NCBI GenBank assembly: GCA_964035545.1
Contig: OZ037772.1
Location: forward strand, 6,370,889-6,434,888
Direction of reading: 5' to 3'
DNA length: 64,000 bases
From: Bugula neritina
Lineage: Eukaryota > Animalia > Bryozoa
Shown here piece after piece: positions 14,121-33,699 of the stretch (within the stretch, counting starts at the first letter, position 1; every line of letters starts with the position of its first letter). Position numbers and translations under genes: made by a program. The notes under the pieces were generated by a model, which was given only the letters and a program-made list of their open reading frames with translations, did no database searches and had not been told where the DNA came from.

Positions 14121-17100
14121 ATAAATTTAAATTATGTTTACTTATTTCTAGCAATCACAATGGCAATAGTTAATACTAATAGTTATAGTAACTTTCACTT
14201 ACTCTTAAATCATTGAACCTGAACTAAAAGTAAAATTAAGCATTATGATTATCATTATGATTATACCTATGATTTTATTATGTTTAAATTAAAAATCAAT
14301 ATCATAGTGATAGACATATTATTGATAAATGATAATATAAATGTAATTTGATAAATTATACATTGATTTTGAATTAAGGTGATACTGATACTAGACCGGT
14401 ACTGAAAGTGATAGTAATACTAATAGTAATAGTAATAGTCATATAAATTTAAGTTATATTTACTTATTACCGGCAATCACAATGGCAATAGTAACTTAAA
14501 CTGTAACAGTAATGGTATGGGTATGTTTGAAATTGTCACTATCAGTATTGCTATGAATCAAAATATAATGCTATCATACCAATAATTTAAAATAATATTA
14601 CAAAGCTTCAGTAGCAACTTTTACTTGTACCAGTTTGGAATTTTGAATTATACATATTCTTCAAGTTTATTGTCAAAATGAACTTGAAATTAAAGACTTA
14701 GTAGTAAAAATTAAACTAAGACTGACTGTAAGTGACTAAGATTAAAAATAAGTAATTTTAAATATCGATTTAGTATTTTTCTTACTCTTTGTCTTAAAAT
14801 TGACTTTTATTTTGCACCTACTCCTGGTCAATGATTCTTTTTTCTATTTATATTACTATTGCTATTAGTATAATTGACTTAAATTTAATAATAGATATGA
14901 TTATATCTTTTTAAATGTGATATTTGAGTTTATGAATAGTAATTCAAAAACTCTTTGGTATTATTTATTTTTGATCATTGTAGTTATTATCATTATATTT
15001 GTATAATAATTATGATTATCAAATTCAATATCGATATTTGTATTATGGTATGGATATCTGCCTCCATCCCATGTTCTGTTTTGCAGTGCCTTTTTACATT
15101 CACGTCTAGGTTCACATTGCGATGGTCATACTGATAGCACTTGGGGACAGTGATGAGCATAATGATTATCACTAATATTAGGATTATCGTTATTAGGATT
15201 TAGAATAATTTAATAAACAAGCAACTTAAAACAAATGTTTTTACTAATATACATATTAATTACTAATATAAATACACTACTATGAATATTATAATTATTA
15301 TACTTTACAATTCAAAGTAAGATAATCATAATACGAACTGGTAAAACTAAATATAAAGTAAATGTAATAATACTAATAGTAGTTATCCATTCCCCTTTGG
15401 TTTCACATACTAATAATTGGAAACCTCTGTCCTAATATTATTTCTATTAATATTGCTCAAAGTTTGATCCCTATTTAATTTTATAGTTCACTCACCAGCT
15501 ACATAATTTTATTAAAATACATGTGGTATTGGTTATAGTACTAGTGAAACTTGAAGTTGAATAGCATGCTTATTACTCACTGCTCTTTGCTTACATTATT
15601 AGGGTTACTCTTTAGTCTTAGAGATACCCTAACATAAACTTGAAAGCTGGAGGTAGTACTAGTCTAGTGCTGTGTTAATCCTACACTGTTGACTTATCAA
15701 CACTGTGACTATAATTATGACTCCTAAGTCAAAGTCATTTTCATATAGTAGTAATCACTATGACAGACTGAAAGTCAGGAAGACTAAATATAATGGTAAA
15801 GTGTGTAAGAATAAATCATACTTAATCAATTACTTTTAGTTTTGTTACCAGTGTTGGGTCAACTTTCAGAATAAAGAATAAATATAATTATAAAGATAAA
15901 TGGATAAAAATTCCAATCATGGTTTAATGTGCCTATTTTAAGCTGTTAATTTAATTACTATAATATAAGTGCTCAAAATACAACTTTTGATTTTCATAAT
16001 TATGTTTTAATTTAATACAGATACCATAGTATCATATACAGTAGAATCAGTTGTATCTTATTTAATAATGAAGTAACTTATTGGAGCTTTCACAGTTATT
16101 AATTATTTACTTGTTAGTCTTTGAACTGGGACAATGTTTGAAACTTGAAGTAGAATGAAGTTTGATTTCAGTTACCGCAATGGTATCTGCAGTCACAATA
16201 GGAATACGCATATAACTATGTTTATATTTGTGAAAAATATATAGTCAAAACTAGATAAGGTAATAGTAATTATAATTGGTTTCACTTTTAATATATTCCT
16301 ATAAACTGGAAAATAGACAGAAGCATTTAATCATGAAAGTAAACCTAGTGGAAGTAAATCAATTCACTAAGTATAGTAAAATATTTACTATTCAGTAAGT
16401 TTATTTACTTTAGTTAATTGTACTTGATTATTTCTGTCGGTTTTTCAGTTGATTTTTCTACCTTTTGCTGTAGCATATCAAACTACCACAAAGTCATGCT
16501 TCCGTATTACAATTATAAACATAGTGTTACTGTGTAATGTTATAGTAATGTAATAGTAATATTTGGATCATTGTAAGTATTTCTGTTGTTGTACTGATTG
16601 ATAAATATTTTTTAGCTTGCATGGATATTTGCAACGATCAAGATGTCATTTGAACCTGGACTGGAATAAAGATGGCAAATCGAGAAGATAGCTACAATTA
16701 TTCTGCAGAAAGAAACTTGGTAAGCAAAAATAAGCTGCAGCATTAAGCAGTAAGCAATATGACGATGAACTTTGCTTGATTTTGATTGACCTTAAAATAT
16801 CTGGTCACCTTTCACCAACGTGGTCCTGCGCGGGTGGCGGGTGACCTTAAAATGTCTGTTGCACGTAAAATAAATTTTGTGACAGTCAAAAGTATGCTGA
16901 TCTTTTTCGTATTTCAGTGCATCGGTGTCTTAGCTTAAGAGCTGAACCCAACAATTATGATCTAAAGCTGTTTTTTACTAGAAAGTGATTTTACTGTCTT
17001 TCTGATTATTCTTGGTTTTTCAGCTTGATGAATTGAATAAATGGATTTGATTTCGGGTATTATGTAATGGATGAAAGAAATTTTTCTTAAATTTGTACTG

Positions 17101-17461
17101 AGCAATTTTTGCTATTGCTATGATGTTTAGTGATAAAATTGCACCCTTAATAACCCTGAAAACTTTCATTACTAGCATTTGTTTATGTTCATTTTTAGGA
17201 AATTAAAATGAAGACACAACTCACCGATGCTATCTCACTGTGCCTGCATGCAGTTTATCTAAAAAGGTACTCCTATTAGCTGGCTCTTGCCCAATACCTG
17301 GTTGTCTCTGTAACTATTTTTTGCTCGCAGATGAATTTTTTGAACTTGACATTTTATTGATTTTGAAAGTTATAGTGAGCTTTGAACTTGCTAGCATCGT
17401 TTTTAAAGACTTGCTGCAGTTTTTATCAACATTTTTTAAGTCAATGGTGTTAGTTTGGAAG

Positions 17462-17850
17462 CTCTCTCACTCCTCTCTCTGTCTCTTTCTCCCACACCTT
17501 CAACTCAATCTCTCTCTCTTTCTCCCCCTCTCTCCCACCCTCCCTCTCTCCCACCCTCCCTCTCTCCCACCCTCTGTCTCTCCCACCTTCTCTCTCTCCC
17601 ACTCTCCATCTCTCCCACCTTCTCTCTCTCCTAACCTTTCTCTCTTCCCTTTTCCACTATCTCTCTGACTCTCTCCCTTTCTCTCTTCCACCCCATCTCT
17701 CTTCCATCCTCTCTCCTAACCTTTCTCTCTTCCCTTTTCCACTATCTCTCTGACTCTCTCCCTTTCTCTCTTCCACCCCATCTCTCTTCCATCCTCTCTC
17801 CTAACCTTTCTCTCCCACCCCCCCCCTCTCCCACTCTCTTTCTCTCTCTA
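17462..17850. repeat. Polypyrimidine (CT-rich) tract including an 85-bp tandem unit
   Basis: Almost pure C/T. ctaacctttc recurs at 17631, 17716 and 17801, an 85-bp period. Confidence 0.9.
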
Positions 17851-20800
17851 GTTTGCATGGCTTTACCCAATTTTGGTTTCTTTTTTTATTTTGTTTCAGA
17901 GTATCCAAAAGGAAAGCTAAAATTTATTTAATATATATTATACCAACTTGAGCTTTACATATAATATCAAATAAATGCTGTGTTTTGTTAAAACAATGTT
18001 TGCAACTTTGTAGTATATTCAAATTTATAATTTATTTGTAGAGTCACACAACAAGACACTACTCTGACACACTCACAAGTTGCCACTGATCCAGCAGTAT
18101 AGATGATTGTTTTCTCCACTGGCTATGCTGTCACGCTTTACTGTTGCGGTGTTTGAAACAAACCAATTGTTTGCCTACGCAGATTAGGGTGAGAAAAAAA
18201 GTGAGAAATGAAAGCTGTTTTTAATACCAACTACACTTAGTTTTTATTGAATGAAAAACAAAGTGAAATCATTAGTTATCCGTTAAATGACTAAATCATT
18301 GTTTATAAAGATGAAACACAAATAATCTTATACTATGCTAATGAAATTTGGCTTTCAAATAGCTTTTTTCTGTATATTTGTTGAGGAAGTTTATCTTCAA
18401 CAAAACTTCGTAGCTGTTGAATATGTGGAGAGTATTTTATATTGCATAAATTTATAGAGTAAAAGGTTCTCATCAAACTTTTACAACTTAGCTCATCGAC
18501 GGTTTAAAAGTGTGAGTCACCCTTCACACTAGAGTTTTATAAAGTTTTAATGAATGTGCAGTATTTTATAAAATATTGTGTGTCTCGTAAATTTAGCTAT
18601 TTCTACCTTTTCAGTGAGATTGGAGTAAACACACCTCAAAATTCACATCTGGTATCACATTGATTTATCGCAAGTCAAAGTACACCTACTAACTCTTCCT
18701 TCCTTAATACCTGCTTGCTTTTGCACTTCTACTCATTTCATATACCTAACATTTCTCTTGCAGATGAATTACATCTTTTAAGTTGTAAAAGCCTTAAATA
18801 GCATGAAATTAATGAGGTTTAAACCGTGGCCACACTAACTATTGATGCGTTTATTGATGGGTTAAATTACACGAAAATATTGTCTCTTTCTTTTTAGTTT
18901 CACCTAAAGTATTACATACTATTGATGGAGGCTTTGCTGAAGTTTTTGGGTGATGATTTGTCAATAATTTTCCAGAGAAGATGATGCCACAGTGGCTGGC
19001 ATCATTATGCAGTTTCCAAATTTCTTTCGGCTTTGCTCTAGTGAAAATGTTGGAAAACAATCAACAAAAAGGTTTGTACCATAAACGAAGTTATTGTGTG
19101 CGTGTTGGCAAAGCATAAAGTGTGCTGGAAATTTTTGGGTTTCTGTTGAGATGCGTTTTTGCTTTTCCTGCATGAAAAAAGTTCCAGTTTCAGTTAATAT
19201 CACTAGCGGAGTGCCCACCTATATTTTAAATCATATTGATGCATAAGTTCTTTTTGTAATATTAAAAGTATAACTTGCTTAATTGCTATTCAATGCCCTT
19301 TGAAGTTTCCAACTGTAATTAATTAGTTGATTTGGCAGCATAGTATCGATGATTGATGAAGGCAGCCGATATAATTATAAGCATAAATATCTATATCTAC
19401 ATGAAGATGTCATTCCCAATGATTGTTATTCTGAAATCAGCTGATTAAGTTATCACAAACTAAACATTTTGACCAGCGGCTTGCAATGCAACTTGGTGAA
19501 ATTTCAGACCTAGATAAATTGAATTTCTTACTGAAAATTGTGAAGGTATTAAAGTTTAAAGTGAAAGTTTAAAGGGTCATCTCTCTGCGAATTCTAATAG
19601 CATGGTGCCAATTAGACTTGAAAAAATTTCAAGGCACTACAAAGCACTAAGCCCATTCTTACAAGTAGTTTCAAAGTGCACTGGAATTTCAGTTTACTTG
19701 TCATTGTATAGAATCCTGATCTACACTATATAGCATTCACTATTGCCTGCTTCTTCTAAGCATCTATAATGTATTAACTACAGTTTGCTTTGAGAAGTGA
19801 ATTTCTACTTGGTATTTTTTCCTTATCGTTCCGTTGTTTGCCAGTAGTCTTAATTTAATGGATTTTCCCTTTTCAAAAGTGGTTGTGACAATCAAAACAC
19901 ATCATGCAGCCTGCAACTACACAATCAGTCAGTAATTTCTTCCATTAAAGTAGCTCTTCTGGTTACTCTTGCTCACCTAAAAGCCTGAGCCTCATTCAAA
20001 TTGCAATTTTTTAGAGTTGTTAGTTTTTCATGCAGTCTTTCATTTTTTTTTGTTAGGCACAAAATTAGTATTCACTAGACCTAATCTTTCATCTGCATGT
20101 ATGCCTATTGTTTGTTCATTAAAGAAAAACCTCTGCTGAATATTGAACTAATAATGAAAATAAATTCCCTAAACTAAAAGTAGCAGTGTGATTTTGGTAT
20201 TACAATTAGTTGTTAGCATAGAGTCAAGTTATTGACAGGAATTTTCAAATTGAAATGAATGAATTTCATTGTAAGTCAGCAAGATTTAGTCTAAGTAAAC
20301 ATAGCATTACATCGTGTTTTATTTAGCATTTGCAGAAGGCAACATATATTTTAAGGATTATTGTAAACTTAAATGTAATTTTAAGTACTTTCCATGTTTG
20401 TTATTGTAGATGGTCTTGTTCTTTGGGATGGATGTGACAACTCCTTGTGTCAAGCTTAACTGATTGACTACTGAATCCCAATCATATGTTTTGCCAAAAA
20501 ATGTGAAAATGGAGTGCATGTCTACTTTATTTGAGAAAATATTAAAAATACTTTTGAAACTTCATCTAGCCAAACAATACAACAGTTTCATTTCATTAAA
20601 AAATATCATTTGCACAAAAATGTATTATGTAATCGAACAATTTCTAGAAAAAAAGTGCTTTCCTCCAGTTTTGCTAATGAACTACATTTTTCATTATATG
20701 CTTGTCTTTATAATTTTATTAATTGTTTTTTCTGGTGAGTCAATTAAAGTCAATTCAACCTAGAAAAGTCTGAATTTCAGACTTAATTTCAAGCTAGAAT

Positions 20801-21220
20801 ATTCACATTTTTAGGTCTGCGTTTGCAAACATTGTTGTGTTACTTTACTTTTTATATTTTTTGAAATAAATATCTTTTTAGCTTGTGCCTATTCATGATT
20901 AGAATAGTATAATAATATTTAACTTTTCTTCAATTTCAATAGTTGAAAATGTTGATCAGTTGGAGTATTCAGTTTAGCTGAATTTTACTTGCTTCTGCGA
21001 AAACAATCTTTTGGAGTTGTCTGCCCTCTCCTTAGGTAATTTTTTGACCTATGGTCAACGCAATAATTATAACTTTTTAAAGATGCTTGTGAACCTAACA
21101 ATATAGCATAACTATCAAACCACATTATTCAATATCTGCATAAAATTTAGCCGATAAGCTGCCACCCAATGAGCTTGAAAAGATATTAGAATTCTAGCTC
21201 AGTGCTGCCATCAATGTAGA

Positions 21221-21280
21221 TATTTATAATGATATAAAGCCAAAACTCATTATTTATAATGATATAAAGCCAAAACTCAT
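21221..21280. repeat. Perfect 30-bp tandem duplication
   Basis: tatttataatgatataaagccaaaactcat occurs twice in tandem. Confidence 0.9.
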
Positions 21281-23288
21281 TATTGCATGAAATTATCTAA
21301 CCATTCCTGACAAAGAATCGAGATAATAACTCCAAAGTTGGTCAGTTGAAACCACAGCAATAATACTTTAATCGTTATAATTGTCAGGTTTAATTTTATA
21401 CCAAGCCCCAATAAGTACATATAACTATGACAACACAGCCTAAGCACCTCCAATGCAAGAAATTTAGTATTGTGGTGCTACAAATCCTCCAGTTACAAAT
21501 GAGTAGAGCTTTCATGATTATTGGTCTACCATAATGTTTATTTAGTTTTAAGGACTAGCATAAATGCTATTATATGCGGGAGGTATTTGAAAAGCTTCCA
21601 ACTCCATCTTCAACTACGGGCTATTATATTTATGCCGATAAACGAGATACTACACTCAGACTGCTCTGTTATAGTACTATGATTGGCTACTGCAAAATTT
21701 TTGCCGATAGACAACATTTAATTATGATGTAATATATCTCGTATTGGTACATAAGTGTTATGTCTGAGGACGAGATACTGTGAAATTATGCCCTGGATGA
21801 CTCATATAACACAACAATAGTTATAATAATCCACTCATTACTGCGTATACTTAATTTATATTATAGTAGAAGTTCTTGTATACTTACTGCATGCAGAGGG
21901 ACAGCCAACAAAAGTGTAAGGAGAAAATACATCTGCATGTTTCAGATTGGAAATACACAACAGAGTACCTCGTACTATCTACATGTAGTTCTAAAGTTCA
22001 AACTGAAGTGATGAACAAGGGAAGTTCTTAAGACTTTTATACTTTATGTCAGCCAACCAAATTCAAGTAATTCGTCACTAAGAGCAAAGGTCAAGCCACT
22101 ACATCGAAATTACTAGACTATTTTTATTTGCTTCTTTATTTGTATACAATCTTTATGAATATTTCTCTGCTAAATTTTGTAATAAAGAGTATTTAATTAT
22201 GAAGACAAAATTTAAGCAAAGTAATGTGAAATATAATACTATTTAATATATAAATCAATACATAAGTAATGTCTTTATCAAAAACAATTCATTTTTATAC
22301 ACTCTTCAATTCTTTTTTTCAATATTAGTTATTCATTCGTCCAAAGATTATAATATGACATAGTCGAATTAAAAAATGCATGTTCAATATTACTTTTAAT
22401 TTCAACTCTTAAAAAGAGAGGTTCATGTTTTTATATATAACTTCAAATCATGTTAAATGCTTTTTTGAAAACACTTTTATCAAAGTTTTCTGTAGTAATG
22501 ATACCTGTCTTAGATATCTCGATATTTAAATTATGATAGCAACATGTTTAAGTGATTTTGTAACAATTCTTTTACAGAGTAGCTGTAGCTATATACATAG
22601 GCCCAATTCTATATTCTATGCTCAAGAATACAAACCGCTTGTGTCCAGTTAAATCAATTCAGTTAGTATATACTCAAATACACAAACTTCATAAAAACAC
22701 CATGACTGCTTTGATGTTAGTATGAATTGAAAAGTGGGTGTGGCCTAAAGTTCTCTGAGCACTAAATTTAAATTCGTTGGCCGCTTCACCTTTAGGTTTG
22801 TCAACTAGAGTAATAAACCTAGACTAACAAGTATATGTCTAATGGCTTTCTTGTGGCATTTATAATTAATTCTAATCGAGCAACTTTGAACAATATCTTT
22901 GACTTTGCTATTTTATTACATGCATTCTAATATGCTTTTATATATGTAGACAACATTTTAAATTATTATAGGTAATAAAGAAGTTTATTTTTTGACCTAA
23001 TACTATTTAGCCATTCTGCTTTTTCCCTCATGCTTTTGTTTTAGTCAAGTACTTAAGTTACTGAACACTATGAATGATAAAATGATTCAATACATAAGAC
23101 AGTGAAACTACATTATGATACATACAATTAGTCTCTTCAGTGTTGTAGGCCCTGCCAATGTATTAAATGGGCACATAACTCCCAAAGCAGGTTTTGAAAT
23201 TAGATTCTATGTGATAAACCATTGTACCACAATATATTGCTTCACAGCAGACCCAGGTCACATTAGAATTTATGTTTGAAGTTTTTAA

Positions 23289-23434
23289 AAGCAGCACCGT
23301 ATTGGGGGTGACTGAGTAAGTAGCTTGAGGTCTCAAGGTTGAAGTTGGGGATTCAAAGTTCCTACCTAAATCCTCAACTCCAAACTCAATAATCCAAAAC
23401 TACTGCACTCGATCACCCCAACTCAGAGCTGCTT
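23289..23434. mobile_element. Short inverted-repeat element (MITE-like), duplicated with the segment at 36739-36860
   Basis: aagcagcaccgtattgggggtgactgagt ... actcgatcaccccaactcagagctgctt are imperfect terminal inverted repeats. Confidence 0.55.
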
Positions 23435-24841
23435 ATAGAATAAGTATAATATTTTAGCTCAAAGCTGTTTTACACTAATCACAGGATATAACAGTTTGTC
23501 ACAAGACAACCACTACTCTGCAAGTTCAATAGACAAACACACAGCTGGGGAGAGCAATCAATCAGTGCAGCTATTCACTTGAGACTATAAGTTAAGGTTT
23601 TCAGTTGAATTCAGTGCTGACGTGGATTTGACTAACTGAAACATAGAGCTGCGTGCATGAGGAGCATATTTTATAAAATATTTTATAAAAATTTGCACTC
23701 CCATCACTGTTACTTCAGTTCTGTTACAGAATATAAAGATTCTCATAAAACATCTAAGCAAAGAATGTTTTTAAAGACTAGAGATATTCATACTAAATTT
23801 AGTAAAAGAACCATTCACAAAAATTGTTTATAATTTGTTTCAAAAAGTTAGCAAATTCATATCAGTTCCTATGACATCACTGTGATTGTGTGTCTTCACT
23901 GTCTTCTAAGTGATGAACTTACTTTTATTTTTGAAAGTTTCAATCTATTTTAGGTATGCTAAGTTATTGTCAGATTATTAGATAAATTGCTAACTAATTA
24001 ATTCATGAAGACTGTGATGGTTATTAAAACTGTATGGCCATTAGATGAACTTGGAAAACTTGTTGAATAATTACAGCTTTATTTGTGTTAGCATAGCTTA
24101 TGTTTTTTCTATTGTGATACAATGAGTTTGGCTATCATATAATAGCTATTTTTTAGACTGGTATATAAAGCCATAATTTTCTGTTATTCATTCACTTATC
24201 TCATATTACTTATTTCTTATTACTTAACTCTTTTGTTTCAGTCTTCGAGAATAAAAACATATAAATTAAAGAACAACAAAAATTCTATATTATAATGGAT
24301 AGTAAGTTTCATAAAGTTATATGACTGAAGAGTTTACAATGAAGTTAAACTGAAAATAAATAACCTGTATCGAAAAAAAAAAACTTGAATAAAAAATAGA
24401 AAATGGTGCCAAGAACAACACAGAAGTTATAGTATTTAAATGCTATTCACTAAAATATTATGAATGAAAATTATATAAAATTTAGCATCTATGTTGTGTG
24501 TAACACTATAGGGGGCCAAGTTACTATTCATAAGACGTGTTCAATGACTCGGCCTACTTTTATGAGTTTGTTTTGTAACTATTGATCTGATCAAACTATC
24601 AAAGTCTACCTAATAAAATTAAACAACAACAGAAATAATCAAATGGCACAAGATATTCCAGCTGTAATAACACAAAGTCACAACAGCTGTTTGTACTACT
24701 TCATGAAACATTAATTTTACATGCAGACTGTCTTCCTACTGCATTAACTATTACATATCATTTGTTTGTGTGCATGTATTAGACGATGTTGCTACATTGT
24801 AGCTGTAATGCTTATATATAATTGGGCACGTCAGTATAGCA

Positions 24842-24982
24842 ACACACACACACACACACACCCACACACCCACACACCAACCACACACCCACACACACGC
24901 ACACGCACACGCACACACACACGCACACGCACACGCACACACGCACACACACACACACACACACACTCTCTCTCTCTCTTTC
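24842..24982. repeat. (CA)n/(CACG)n plus (CT)n microsatellite just 3' of gene A
   Basis: Directly visible. Related shorter CA tracts lie 3' of gene B (~38956-38992) and gene C (~47895-47965). Confidence 0.95.
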
Positions 24983-25039
24983 TCGAGCATATGGTAAAAG
25001 CTGGCCAGAGCTTTGTTTGTCAAATATCATTGTATCACA

Positions 25040-31025
<5,986 letters not shown>

Positions 31026-31552
31026 GTTTGCTAAATAAACTTAGCAAGAGCAGAATATAAGAACAGCTATCTCCTTGTGTAATGGTTTATGTGTTGGCAT
31101 TCATTTCGATATATACTTGCATGCGCTATAATATTACTATTATTCTCTTGTGAATAGCATAAATTATCTGATTAGGCAATTCGTCTTTCAAATAAGTTAT
31201 AGTATTTACAATGAACTGAGTTTTATAACTTTTTCAGCGCAGGTATTTACTAGACGCTCTGTGGTATAATTACTATACCTATTTTCATATAATAGTTGTA
31301 CATTGACTTAATGCACCAACACTATTCTAGTAATGGTAATGAAGAACGTATTAATTATAGTAAACTGTTTAATAATTATAGCACACTAAGTCAAATCAAA
31401 TGCTTGCAATTTTTTTTAGCAAACTAACATAAAGAAAAGGTAAACAGACAAACTTAAAAAAATTTACACAGGAATCGATATGTTAAGACAACCTCAAAAC
31501 AAATGTTTACTAACTTTTGAGTAGGAATTTTCGAATGTACACAAATGAGTTA

Positions 31553-31896
31553 GCCTTGGGCCACACGGTGCGTATTTTCGCATGCGAAAATTGAAATCGC
31601 AAGTAGCAAAGGTGTCCACTGTAGCGTCAGTGATGCGTGATAAATAAAGCATTCATTTTTAAATCGCACTCGCTTTCAATAAAACGCAATTTACTGGAAT
31701 TTAACACTAAAATAAAGAAATTGGGCTAGCTTAATAACTACCAGCCAATTAGGTGACGACGACAGAGACGATTCGCACTTGCGTTGAAAATGCAGAGCGA
31801 CAAGCGCGAACGTTTTCTCAACGCGCACAGTGGACACCTTTGCTACTTGTGATTTCAATTTTCGCATGCGAAATAACGCACCGTGTGGCCCTAGGC
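31553..31896. mobile_element. MITE family 2, copy 1 (PIF/Harbinger Tourist-like)
   Basis: ~70-bp TIRs gcc.tgggccacacggtgcgtattttcgcatgcgaaaattgaaatc.caagtagcaaaggtgtccactgt, flanked by tta/taa. A highly similar copy in the opposite orientation lies at 60699-61041. Confidence 0.9.
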
Positions 31897-33699
31897 TAAA
31901 CGATTATGATGTGGTGCAGACAAAAGTTGCTTATGAAGAGAATCCTCATAGTGCATATAGATACTCTAGCGTTGTCTTTAACTATAAATAGACCTTTGAT
32001 TGCTTAGTCTCAGGTGCATATCTGCACTGAGTGTCCTCGCCAGATGTTTGTTAAACCAGCAGAGTACTGATTGCTTTATGGCAAGCCATAGCATGTGAGT
32101 ACATAATGACACAGCATGCAAATTCTTGCCATATAAATAATAAACTGCTATAGGGGTTATCTGCTTGACACAGTACATTTGCACTGAAAATGACAAAAAA
32201 AATGAACATATTTTTCATGGTCATACTGCTCCTATAGCAACAAACCATTTGTTACTCTTGATTATCAATAATATTCAAGTAAGTTAAAATAAAATTCAAG
32301 CATAGGATGCCTCAACAATATTATACAGTCACCTGAATCACGATTTCAATAATTTTTTGCAGTATCCATTCAGCATGTTTTCCATGTAAAGATTTTTTGC
32401 AAAAAAAATTTTTGATTTGCAAAGATTTTTCTAACTGCATGTGTGAAAAGCTGTACTTTAGGTAGCCAGACTTTTAGCACTTGTAGTGGCAACATCTGTT
32501 GAATCAAATTCAGTTTTAGGCATTGAAACGATTTGTATATCGAACTTAAGGTTTAAGTCATTACTGCAAGTAAAGAAGTGAATGCAAGTAAATGTTGTGT
32601 TATTTTTAGCATTTCTTTTAATTTAGATGCTTCATTCTGTTGAGTGTCTAATTTCACAAAAAAAATCCTCACTAATTCAACTTGTTGAATCGCTTTTTAT
32701 CGTTTTTCATCGTCATGAATGCATTAGGAAAAAGTAACTCTGAATCAACTTATATGCATCTCACCTGTATTCATACTAAAAGTAGTAAAGCCAACTCCTC
32801 CAACATCTCATCTCATCTCATCTCATCTAATTAATCTCACTCGGAGCGCTTTGGCTCCTTTATCGGAGTATAATAACAAGAAAATAAAGTTAGAAAAAGC
32901 ATATTGGTCTAAACCATAAACCAGAAAAATGCTCTCTGAGCATAGCAAACAAGAGAAAAACTTAAAACAAATCTTATGCATCTCTCAAAGCTACTCTTTC
33001 AAAGTCACCTTTTCAGGCAGTACCAACACAGAGGATTCCATGGTGTCAAATGCTCTAGTAAACAGGCTAACAAGTATATCTAATAGTTTTAATATGACAT
33101 GTAGTATTGTCTTCAAGTTAACAACTCTGATGTTGACTCTTAATTTAGTATTTCATCACATTAGCGCACATCGATGCAGTTACATGCTTTCATGCGTACA
33201 TGTTGGACAAATACTAAAAAAGTTCTTTCTATTGACTCCGTCTGATTTAGCCATTCTGCTCTTTCCCTCATTGCTTTTGTTTTAGTCAAGTACTTGTTAC
33301 TGAATATTATGAATGACAAAGTGATACTTTGCATATGTCAAGTCAGGCATTTTGGTTTGATTGCTATCAGAAACCCATGAATACTAGTACTATAACTTGC
33401 ATCATGGGTCAGATAAACAGCGACTAAACTGGCATCCCTCATCACTGTACATGGAGAGGGTCAAACTATAGGCACTTAAGAACAGTTAAATATAATATCT
33501 CCCAAAGGGTCGATCGACCCATCCAGTTGGCTGTATTGTGGCCACACCTAAAGGAGGACAGAAACAAACTTCTCTCACGGCTAGCCACTTGTTCTTGTCC
33601 GCTGAAATGCAACTCTGCTCTGATGAGAAAATCTAGTAATGCAAAAGCCAGATTCTCCTTAAAAGATTTTGCAAGCAGTTTTATGAAAAGATATTATAC

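Noticed and set aside
17240-17691. 142-aa and 63-aa ORFs
   Set aside because: Largely produced by the CT-rich tract; no recognisable domain.
18851-20763. Short ORFs that could be remnants of a DNA transposase (e.g. FEKILKILLKLHLAKQYN)
   Set aside because: No catalytic motifs or termini could be identified; resemblance too weak without a search.
32804-32875. (CATCT)n plus a short sequence resembling a LINE 3' end on the minus strand
   Set aside because: Too short to assign with confidence.
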